From: an uncultured Gammaproteobacteria bacterium
GTDB taxonomy: Bacteria; Pseudomonadota; Gammaproteobacteria; JAURND01
Assembly (NCBI GenBank): GCA_963714975.1
Contig: CAVQQD010000003.1
Span: 768,001-832,000 of the forward strand
Direction: 5' to 3'
DNA: 64,000 bases
The notes under the pieces were generated by a model that saw only the letters and a program-made list of their open reading frames with translations, did no database searches and had not been told where the DNA came from. Position 1 is the first letter of the stretch, and each line of letters begins with the position of its first letter. Position numbers and translations under genes: made by a program. This document shows positions 43,901-50,304 of this stretch, piece by piece.

Positions 43901-44010
43901 AAGTGTATGAGGTTCCGGGGGATCATGCTTCGATGTTTCAGGAACCTTATGTGCAATCTTTAGCTGGTGCAGTATCTGCTGCATTAAATGAGGGACATAT
44001 GGTTCATTAG
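34990..44010 (+). CDS. Two-module NRPS: formyltransferase, degenerate C, A-T-E, C-A-T, TE
   Basis: NFHDAPLPRYAG/VDAGDI; YTSGTTGKPKG; LGGDSI twice; HHLIMDGVSW; NHMILDGWS; TTSGTTGNPK; GWSFG. Confidence 0.93.
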   Translation: MAPNIFTCFIIGEDNLHLECAKIIQQQGQQIIGIISAYEAAELWALQQGIPHYASLAAAQEALNKTPFDYLFSIVNAQILPAAILNLPRQLAINFHDAPLPRYAGVHATSWAILNQEKTHGITWHVATETVDAGDILQQVMVPITEDETALSLNLKCYEAALQSFPELVKSLANHSYQRQPQDLRQRTYFGLHQKPAGDGWIDWNASAEDIERLFRATQFGSYPNRFTCPKFKLSFQPDEPSSQQGSWEDEFIITQLELLPEPSTVAPGTIVATTEEYWRVATATCDIAIRQICTLEGDAVILEGEGVLDQAHPSSGLRPPSPTRGEGVKLRAYEARAEISPLSFETLRSSGRMGGRGDLNSGGGDEAYWVSQWQSIEPAKIPFLNFNHLENKSSFLLPLWEKVAEGRMRGEPSEFTPHPPAYPEPVEGAPSPTRGEEVMPGMYERRYYHLQQWTLPTSLQKLLHQHYPTHDFNTLLLALWLVYFYRLGNQPNVGVLLQLPDQNASHPSDLDPGIHARTSLELPYFTVLQDGLHFGQVVSQLQDELQAMQQKGSYLRDIFYRYPILTEVKHAVFTAVVIGEINQLQKSRAALVLGISAKDYSLSWHVDQNCLTQEPYLKTILDQMPGHLETLLTAITTQPETPIADLVLLTPQEQQQILIDWNQTETDYPRDKTIPQLFEEQVQKHPNKIAVCFENQSLTYRELNQQANQLAHYLSQQGVVAETLVAICMERSIEMIIGILGILKAGGAYVPIDPEYPRARIKFIFEDCRAMFVLTQSRLAKKIHAITDGAVITVDKIKNIKIHNKESISLNFDSSQLAYVIYTSGTTGKPKGVLIKHQAVVNTVLAKLRKFAINHSDRILNFSTLSFDASVWEIFPCLFAGATLYLARKENLLPGSKLTHFLEKNKITIATLVPSILAITPPPSTSHLRIIISAGESCSKAVVKQWENVAIFVNAYGPTEFTICAAMAIVGKDANKITIGRPIANTKIFILDDKMQLLPVGITGELYVTGHGLAKGYLNRDALTKSKFIPWALEHGTKEVSQIVYKTGDLARWLPDGNLEYMGRVDEQIKILGCRAELGELEEIAVTYPNILQAAACLDTTAEKNQINLFFVNKSDRNAIDIAKFNRFLKKQVPRYTVPSKIIEVARFPRTVNGKIDKNLLLKKMFFIKQPVIEPPSIKETLLLEIFQKILRIDSLHLEDDFFLLGGDSILAMHLVSKINALGFHCSVRDVFEASTIKKLVIRLHKKNPIEPIALLSKDFSLTPIQRWFFAQSFRHPKQFVQICWLEFQKPINSELLVCCLREIIEWHEIFRLRFKKKEGIWQQYYADKVHESCTDFPVIDNSSLVIQDFANEWVMNVAQDFNFETGYLLKVALVRQQGKITHLLLAAHHLIMDGVSWQIFFDDLQSLYAGSEKEGNNWQKFANSTSYQQWVYALENYIVSSQFKAEQSHWQGVDPFTYIPIDHHQGTNTEKSAEYVTVTLTEEETQRLLRTLAKTHHLNTDEILIALLAKSLMRWCQTDCITLDIERHGREELTTEINLTGTLGWFTSLFPLRLSCNKNLSLLEIIQSVQQQLQTVPRHGISYGLQHYFSGEWKPKSSLHEGENFTSLHAGSRHPAGTTGRIAFNYWGQLDQAFAQNFFTLGELKLLSHPENIRPYLITIDAVIKNKQLQLSWAYSRNFHRHETIQDLAQNFVTDLRNLLTNTQLQKPKISYALTAVQQGLLFEQCRFPQAHYYQAQACWELKLSGHFDAKLLQAACRFLVQRHDVLRTRFVVSGSQEPTQFVEESMEVPCDIIDLQQAKDPEVQLTKFRLADQAALIHWQATSLLRVQIVLLPENRCYLILHFNHMILDGWSFSILVKEFHQYCQAQQQGLALNLPPTYPFADYVHWLQHQSWSASQAFWKNYLAKFNEPVNLKVLGLFDATAEKTELSRCEFVSTPLSSELGQKLQHFCQMQHISLNTFFQALWGILLHRYTQTPDIVTGMTVSGRNIDLPQIQERVGLFINSIPLRQQFVPEITVLAHLQQLQKTITCLIPHSTFPLAAIQACSALSTAEHPLFDSLVVFENYPQATQEEIEFWDPTHYGLTLLITQGSCLKLKLGYDCQRINIERVQNLLEHLQHLLTVVLDNPQQQIARLPLLTTAEYQKLFAPTQTVVVLENVVSCFQKQVVSSPHHPALVWEGQVLSYQDLENQSNQLAHYLATFPHHGEMPIGVCLPRCPELVISLLAIWKMGGAYLPLNPDYPTARLQSIVDSHQVNLLISKNMIQKLTVNHPILLDQVQASICQQPTYYPQHRIQLTDLAAILTTSGTTGNPKSIAQEHKTLANLVHWQHHAFASSAKRRVTQLAAMNFDVSLQEITYALAQGDTLYIVPETIKQSLAELLRFLAINKIQQAFLTTALLEVFCEAALFFKPNLNYLTEIYVAGEALKISGPIKQFFSQNPHIDLVNEYGPTETHVVATHRLSVDTIDNWPYLPPIGRAIDNIRLYVLDAQLQALPIGIPGELYIGGVNLARGYLHNDKLTQEKFVPNPFDPIGTSRLYRTGDQVQWNAAGELLYLGRYDDQVKIRGFRIDPQEIEEALLTHSTIQQCLVTVISEEKSAQLVCYFVPSDKNEDAESLRHPLRKILPDHLIPTYFIRLQSFPLTRVGKIDRQALPRPEQRNAISNTTFRHAYEQQLAELWSEILLCTCIDREVSFWALGGDSIKALRLLFLIEHHLQVTLSLQDFFTAPSIAQMSDRIRLTQADKVLQNQWQTLDFKGCHLPSPLVPLQTTGEKTPLFIIHPIGGTVFAFLDLVRYLGNERPIYGIQDPNVADNNHISFFKNLEELAAYYVYALRSVQPQGPYFLSGWSFGATVAFEMARQILASHEKVEFLGLLDGWAAYPSELQNEKTFKQLIQKQCDDLYQQFHLNQLKNPDFWVELQWQRSDLLWRYKLRPVNTAITLFKAKEGIPGFHESYEKDYGWHQFTTKPVEVYEVPGDHASMFQEPYVQSLAGAVSAALNEGHMVH
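35926..36301. repeat. Cluster of four in-frame palindromic elements in the NRPS linker
   Basis: 35926-35973, 36005-36069, 36175-36222 (reverse complement of the first) and 36237-36301. Confidence 0.85.
39782..39852. repeat. In-frame palindromic element in the NRPS E domain
   Basis: tccagtctgcatg...catccctgcacgctggatcccggcatcctgccgggacgac, just before IAFNYWGQ. Confidence 0.75.
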
Positions 44011-44059
44011 GGTCAAAAATTTACTAATACGATGTTTTAACAAAATTTGGAGATTACTT

Positions 44060-46153
44060 ATGCATCAAAAAGATCGACAATTAGCGATTTCTTCGATTTT
44101 CGAATATAGCCGTCAGCCTATGATTATTTTAGCCTCAGATGGAAAAATAATTGATGCAAATAAGGCTGTTATCGATATGTATGAATTGCGAAACAACACT
44201 TTGCAGGGTGCAGATTATTTTGCTCTTTTAGAAAAATTGGAATTAACTCCTCCAGTAACAGATGAACAGCTAAAAATGCTGCTTCCTGGTAATCCTGCTA
44301 TAAAGCAAATTGCAAAAATTGGTGTAAGTAATAAGAATTACGTAATCGAATGGTCTATTCATTCCCTGATTCTAGATTTGGAAAAAATTTATGTCATTTT
44401 AGGTACTGATATTACTGCCGAGGAAGAAGTAAAAGTACTTGAAGAAAGAGGTAGAGAACAAATAAAAATAATGGCTAAATTGAATCAAGAAGTCCTCGGT
44501 GTTTCTGCAAAAGAACACGGAGTGTTGGAGAAATACGCTCATTCCATTCGTCACCATTTAGAAAGCATTATTGCCTGTATGCCAGGAAATATATATTGGA
44601 TGGATAAAGATTGTAATTATTTGGGTTGCAATAATAATGTTGCAAGGATTTTGCACCTGAATAATCCTACAGAAATTATTGGGTTAAGTTATGACGATAT
44701 GGCTAGGCTTAAAGGAGTAGACCCGGAGGAGTATAAAAAATTCAAAGAAGATGATTTGGAAGTAATACGAACAGGCGAGCCAAAACTAAATACTGAGGAA
44801 CCCCCCCTTACAGATGAAAATGGAAATGTAGTATATTTTTTAACTAGTCGTGTTCCATTAACCGATGAACAAAAGGAAGTAACAGGTGTAGTGGGTGTTT
44901 CTATTGATATTACGGAACGCAAAATCCTAGAACAAAAACTTTCCAAAGCCTTGGAGGCCGCCGAAGCTTCCGATCGTGCTAAAACGGATTTTATCCAAAA
45001 CATGAGTCACGATGTCAAAACGCCGCTGGCGGGTATTATTTCCATGGCGCACAGGATCGGCACGCAACTCGAGGAGCCCGATGCTCTCGAAGATAATTAT
45101 GAAAATGTGCAGATGATTAAAAATTCGGGTAGGCAATTGATAGAATTTTTTATGAATTGTTTAGAGATGGGGCGGATTGAAACGGGGGAGGTGGGACTTA
45201 GCAATGAAAATTTCAATCCCCAAACCATAATGGATCAGCTTGTCGAGATGTTGACCCCTTCCATGAAACAAAAAGGCTTAGGATTTTATTCCACTTATGA
45301 TCCCGCTATTCCTGAAATGGTGTATGCCAGCGCGCCGGGATTTTATCGGATAATTTTAAATTTACTAGGCAATGCGATTAAATTTACTGAGGAAGGCTCG
45401 ATAAGCATGGACATTCTCTTACAGAAAACTCGCGATGAAGACACTGGCAAAGACAAAGAGGAACTTTGTTTAAAAATCCGCGATACTGGCATGGGCATTC
45501 CCCAAGAAAAAATCGCTAGCATTTTCGACCGCTTTACGCGCTTAACGCCTTCCTATGAGGGTAAATTTGAGGGCCATGGGATTGGGCTGTATATTGTGCA
45601 TAAATTTGTCACTTTGATGGGAGGAAAAATTGATGTGGACAGCGAAGTGGGTAAGGGCAGTTGCTTCACCATCACGTTTCCTTTTTTACCCGCCAAGGCA
45701 TTCCTGAAACCGAGAGCAGTCAAGCCTAAGTTTACCAAGCTAGCTCCCCTTGGGGATGCTATCAGCGAGGATGAAGAAACTGGCCCGCGTATTTTGTTGG
45801 TCGAGGATAATCGGATGGCTCAAAAAGGCATGGAATCGATTCTCACGCACTTAGGTTATACGCTCGATATTGTGAATACAGGTAAAAAAGCCCTAGATAT
45901 TTTTGAATTGGATAAATATGTGCTGATTATTACCGATATTGGATTAGATGATATGAGTGGGACGACAGTAGCAGCGCATATTCGTACTGCAGAAAAGGGT
46001 CGAAAAAATCCAGTGCCGATTGTGGCTCTGACGGCCCATAATGTTGAAAAAGTGCAAGCGGAATGTGCAGCAGTGGGCATTAATGGGGTATTGGAAAAGC
46101 CCCTGACTGAGGAAGCGGCTCAGGAGGTGTTGGATTGTTTTGTCCAGAAGTAA
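44060..46153 (+). CDS. Cytoplasmic hybrid sensor kinase PAS-PAS-HisKA-HATPase-REC
   Basis: GGAG RBS at MHQKDR; YWMDKDCNYLGCN, SHDVKTP, NAIKFT, ILLVEDN, ITDIGL. Confidence 0.92.
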   Translation: MHQKDRQLAISSIFEYSRQPMIILASDGKIIDANKAVIDMYELRNNTLQGADYFALLEKLELTPPVTDEQLKMLLPGNPAIKQIAKIGVSNKNYVIEWSIHSLILDLEKIYVILGTDITAEEEVKVLEERGREQIKIMAKLNQEVLGVSAKEHGVLEKYAHSIRHHLESIIACMPGNIYWMDKDCNYLGCNNNVARILHLNNPTEIIGLSYDDMARLKGVDPEEYKKFKEDDLEVIRTGEPKLNTEEPPLTDENGNVVYFLTSRVPLTDEQKEVTGVVGVSIDITERKILEQKLSKALEAAEASDRAKTDFIQNMSHDVKTPLAGIISMAHRIGTQLEEPDALEDNYENVQMIKNSGRQLIEFFMNCLEMGRIETGEVGLSNENFNPQTIMDQLVEMLTPSMKQKGLGFYSTYDPAIPEMVYASAPGFYRIILNLLGNAIKFTEEGSISMDILLQKTRDEDTGKDKEELCLKIRDTGMGIPQEKIASIFDRFTRLTPSYEGKFEGHGIGLYIVHKFVTLMGGKIDVDSEVGKGSCFTITFPFLPAKAFLKPRAVKPKFTKLAPLGDAISEDEETGPRILLVEDNRMAQKGMESILTHLGYTLDIVNTGKKALDIFELDKYVLIITDIGLDDMSGTTVAAHIRTAEKGRKNPVPIVALTAHNVEKVQAECAAVGINGVLEKPLTEEAAQEVLDCFVQK

Positions 46154-46165
46154 CCGCTTTCTCTC

Positions 46166-46206
46166 TAAATCCCCCCTTACCCCCCTTTTTCAAAGGGGGG
46201 GATTTA
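46166..46206. repeat. Palindromic element or terminator-like hairpin
   Basis: taaatcccccc...gggggggattta; same family as 36005. Confidence 0.65.
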
Positions 46207-46247
46207 CGCTTGGGCGGTGGCGAGAAGATTTTAGTGTGGAGGTCACC

Positions 46248-46451
46248 ATGGATGTCTTACGATACAATGAATTAAATATTTCCGCGGTAAAAAAGCAGTA
46301 CGATACTGTCGTGGCTTTACTCCAACAAAATAATTTTGCAGCGAGTGGGGTCAAGCAATTCGTAGGAACACCGTTTTACTTAGTGCCTTTGGATTCAACC
46401 CAGGGCTTGTTGTTTCGAGTAGTTTCCCATTTTCCTTGCTGCTCAGGGTAG
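46248..46451 (+). pseudogene. N-terminal stub of a larger gene, resembling the N-terminus of UvrD-like helicase proteins
   Basis: GGAGG RBS; MDVLRYNEL..VKKQYDTVV..LLFR, ending just before the darG terminus; family resemblance from memory only. Confidence 0.35.
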
Positions 46452-46484
46452 AGTAGGGGTGCATGGTCTTCCTGACCTTTTCTT

Positions 46485-47534
46485 TTAATCAGCCAAATTG
46501 CTTATCCATCCCCTTTGAGTCAAGATCTTAGCTGCTAAGGTGATCTGGCGCTCGGTAAATTGTTTTTTGCGTTTATTCCAGGCATAGGTTTGTTTCACTA
46601 CATCGTCCAAGGTATGTGCAGATTCTTGTTGCACTATCCAATGTACCGTAGATAATAACTCTAATCCAAATGATGATTCGAATCCTTCAACCAATTTTAC
46701 AACCTGATCAAAACGTGTCCGAGTTTCGGCATGATTTTCAAGAAAAGCGCTAGCTGCTTCAACTGCACCCTGCCGCAACCTGAGCTGCTTGTTTGGATTA
46801 TCACCACCGTCGACGTATCCTGAGATCAAATGTCCTTCAATGTCATTTAGTACATGACGCAAATTTTCAGCGTAAGGGCCATAGAGTCCTTTTACATAAC
46901 GAAGTCGCAGTGGTTCACCAGCTACCTGCATAAAATACATTAATTTTTGAACCTCTAGCAGCGTAACAAAAGGATCAAGTAAAGCGTTTAGATAGCGATG
47001 CATCAGTTGAACCAAAGTAGCTCGTCCCGCTGTCATTTTAGGAGCTTTTCGACTATAGGTTGTTTTTTCTCTGACAAACTCTGGTTCATAGATGATAATT
47101 TGGACATTTTTTAAGGGTTTTAATGCCGCTATGATGAGTGGCTTAATTTGTGCCCATTTTAGTCCACCCAATCCGCTACCAAGGGGAGGGATTGCAATCG
47201 AGTGAATATTGTATTTACTGATGACTGTGGCTAACGACTTAAGACCAGCTTCAATGTCTTCAATTCGGCTCTTATCTTTCCAATGTCGCTTAGTGGGGAA
47301 GTTGATGATATAGCGGGGAGTTCCTGGGTAAGTGGTTTCATACACAAACATGTGGCCTGGCTGCACTTCTGCGTGCTTACAGGCAGTGACATAAGCTTTG
47401 AAATTATCTGGAAATGTATTTTTGAATTGCAAAGCAATGCCACGACCCATGATGCCGACACAATTCACTGTGTTCACAATGGCTTCTGCATTTTCTTGCA
47501 AAATATCGCCTGTTTTGTACTCAATCACTCTCAT
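46485..47534 (-). CDS. darG: DarG antitoxin (macrodomain DNA ADP-ribosyl glycohydrolase)
   Basis: GDIL, VNTVNCVGIMGRGIALQFK, INFPTKRHW, PPLGSGLGG, QKLMYF, GLELLSTVHW. Confidence 0.92.
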   Translation of the reverse strand: MRVIEYKTGDILQENAEAIVNTVNCVGIMGRGIALQFKNTFPDNFKAYVTACKHAEVQPGHMFVYETTYPGTPRYIINFPTKRHWKDKSRIEDIEAGLKSLATVISKYNIHSIAIPPLGSGLGGLKWAQIKPLIIAALKPLKNVQIIIYEPEFVREKTTYSRKAPKMTAGRATLVQLMHRYLNALLDPFVTLLEVQKLMYFMQVAGEPLRLRYVKGLYGPYAENLRHVLNDIEGHLISGYVDGGDNPNKQLRLRQGAVEAASAFLENHAETRTRFDQVVKLVEGFESSFGLELLSTVHWIVQQESAHTLDDVVKQTYAWNKRKKQFTERQITLAAKILTQRGWISNLAD

Positions 47535-47548
47535 CCACCTCGTTAATA

Positions 47549-48208
47549 TTAGTAGTACCACTCAGGTATTATTTCAATGGATTGTGGATACTTAGTGGTA
47601 GCCTTGCTCAACTCCAGCGCCACTTGTTGATATGTCGCACTTGATTTTACACCAATGCGATCGACCAGACACCATGGAAAAGAATGTTCCAGCAAAAATT
47701 CTGCTTGCTTACCTTCTTTTAATATTGGATTGCTATCACCACCCCACTGCTTAGCCAAAACAGCCTCCCAGTTAATTTCATTTAACCGAGTAAGGTCACA
47801 ACGATCCTCAAAGTAATAAGAACCTGCATTTGACAAAGTAAAGACCCAACGCTTCTTATTTGTTGCTGCCCAATTTATCGTACGAAGCAGGTCAGTTTCA
47901 AGGTGTATAATTGGTTCTTATCCGCCCTCGTAAATTAAATCCGGGTTCCCTTGGTGAATCACGTAAAGCATAATTGAGCGTGGACAGAAATAAAAAGGTA
48001 CACATTGGCCTATATATAAGTCAGGATAACTCTTTAACTTAAGTTCCTTCAGACGACGCTGTTTGATTTTATTCATACCGATACTAGTGCCTAAAGATGA
48101 ATATTTTGTAATCTGAGCGTCGCACCAAAGATGATTGTCGGCGATGATAGAAGGCAAACGATCTACATGTAAAATATGATAAATTTTGGGATGTTCTGGA
48201 ATAGCCAT
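47549..48208 (-). pseudogene. darT: DarT toxin (DUF4433 DNA ADP-ribosyltransferase) with an in-frame stop at 47918-47920
   Basis: IYHILH, VPFYFCPRSIMLY, YEGG*EPIIHLE, SNAG, KQAEFL; both ORFs share one frame. Confidence 0.88.
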
Positions 48209-48273
48209 AGTTTCTCCCATGGGCTAGCGTTTAATAGCAATTTAGGCGCTCAATTTTCACGAATTGGTTAATT

Positions 48274-48533
48274 CTACATTGTTTCATTATTAGTTGGCTG
48301 CTCCTTCAGCTGTTTTATTCCCGCTGCCGTCAGCATAGCATTTGTCGCTTTTTCAACAGAAGCTCGCACAGGGTCTAGATCCAATCGTGCATAAATAGCC
48401 GTTGTTTGGGGCGACTTATGATTTAAGGATTTTCCAATGATAGTGAGAAGCGCCTGTACGAGCTTGCCAGCTTCCTAGGGTACGTCTTAGATCATGTATT
48501 CGTAGATCAGCAATACCAGCATCTTCAATTTTG
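48274..48533 (-). pseudogene. C-terminal remnant of a phage-type tyrosine integrase (not in the ORF track)
   Basis: AGIADLRIHDLRRTLGSW, frameshift, then IIGKSLNHKSPQTTAIYARL. Confidence 0.85.
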
Positions 48534-48534
48534 C

Positions 48535-49207
48535 TAAGCAAGAAGGTGAGATTTCTGCCAATACAGCTGCCTACTGCAAAGCAAGGTCACGCTTACCAGA
48601 AGAAGCTTTATCAGGATTAACAAGAGAGTCAGCAGAACAATTGGAAGGACGAACTCCATTAGAATGGTGATGGAGAGAACGGCATGTAAAATTAATTGAT
48701 GGTTCATGTATATCAATGCCAGATACTCCTGAAAATCAAGCCACCTATCCACAACCTGATACTCAAACTAAAGGAGTCGTTGGTTTGTGGAAATTAATTT
48801 GTTAGCCATCAAAAAAACCATGAAAATGGATGTTTTACGTGGGAAATCGCCTAAAATGGTACACAAGGAGGTTTGGGCGCATTTACTGGTTTATAACTTG
48901 GTTAGAAAAATAATGGCTCAAGCAGCAATCAAGCATAATAAAAATCCCCGCGAATTGAGCTTCAAATTAGCATTGCAAATTATTTTTGCATTTCGTCAGG
49001 CAAAAATTTTTTCTGAAAAAACGAAATAATTTACAGTAAAATGCTTCAAGCAATTGCATATAAAAAAGTTGGAAATCGACCGGGGCGTAGTGAACCGCAA
49101 ATGGTTAAGCGTCGGCCAAAATCTTTCCCTCGGCTGCAAAAACCAAGGAAATCCTACTATAAAAAAGTGAGCGCTTAAAATGACTATTTCTTAAGTTAGT
49201 GCCATTG
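48535..49207 (+). mobile_element. Internally deleted IS4-family transposase remnant with putative right end
   Basis: SANTAAYCKARSRLP, LIDGSCISMPDTPENQ joined to RWFVE..MDVLRGKSP..HLLVYNLVR; end cttaagttagtgccatt. Confidence 0.75.
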
Positions 49208-49425
49208 GGTTTATTATCATCTATCAAGCATTGTTTCCATTTATGCTTATTCAGCAAGGGTTGACAATAATCCACATGGGATCTAAATTCATCTTGAGAA
49301 ATGATATCGAATCCATCTTCTCCGTTTCTGATCTGGCCTTTAGAGTCATGTGTACTAATCAAACAATCATCATAATCCAAACTAAGGGCTAAAATTTTTT
49401 TTGGCATACTATTGTATCTCTTCAT
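49208..49425 (-). pseudogene. 5' stub of a hypothetical gene truncated by the IS end
   Basis: ALSLDYDDCL (HAD motif I-like); the ORF runs into IS sequence. Confidence 0.4.
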
Positions 49426-49809
49426 CCTACGTTGTCATTTCATTGTTAAAAAATCATTTGAAGACCCCATGGACCCTATACAAGATTTTTTGTGCAAAAT
49501 GAACAAAAATATGGCGAGAATATTACACTATCCAGCAAATGTGTCAATTTAATGGGCGAAATATTGAAAGGGTGAGTAATGAAGTATCATTAGACGACAT
49601 GAAAATCTTAGTGGAATGCGCGACTTTTGCGCGATTCGGTGCTGCTCCACTCTGCTTTATTAGGCATTTGCAGTGGGGTGCCCGCCTAATACCTGCCAAT
49701 AAGGTGTGCCTTCTACTGTTACAATAATAATTTACCCCGTGGGTAAAAAGTTCCCCCTTAAGGGGGAACTTTGCACACCACTTCTTCATTTTTTCCCTAA
49801 AAGACCCTA

Positions 49810-50070
49810 TTAAGGATAATAGGGATGATACGGATGTACGTACGGGTGGTAGTATGGATGATATGGGTAATAAGGATGATAGGGATGCACGTACGGATGG
49901 TAGTATGGATGATACGGATAATAGGGGTGATAGGGATGCACGTACGGATGATAGTACGGGTAATAAGAAACGGAAACACCAAGCTGGGCATAGCTCCCTA
50001 ATGACGTAACCGCCAATAGACCAGCAGCCAAGGCCAAGGCAATCCGCTTTTTTAAAGAACCAAGTTTCAT
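49810..50070 (-). CDS. Small secreted His/Pro/Tyr-repeat protein
   Basis: GGAGG RBS, signal peptide ending SYA, then repeated YHPY/VHPY/YYPY units. Confidence 0.75.
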   Translation of the reverse strand: MKLGSLKKRIALALAAGLLAVTSLGSYAQLGVSVSYYPYYHPYVHPYHPYYPYHPYYHPYVHPYHPYYPYHPYYHPYVHPYHPYYP

Positions 50071-50304
50071 AGCAACCTCCTCTAAATCTTACTTGTGCCT
50101 TAAGTATAGTATTTTTTCGGGGGTTAATAGGGAATATTTGTATTTTTCTTGCACAATCTGTGCTTATTGGTAGGGAAGTTAGTCTATTCAGCCTACCGCT
50201 TCTGTAGTCTGGTTGAGATCTTTGAATAGTGTGCCAAATTCACAAATGAAAGCCAGATTAACAGCAGGCCCTAGTTAGTGTCAGTGGCAGGAAAGCAAAA
50301 TTTT

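Noticed and set aside
47918-47920. Stop-codon recoding in darT
   Set aside because: TAA terminates many genes in this window; a nonsense change or base error is simpler
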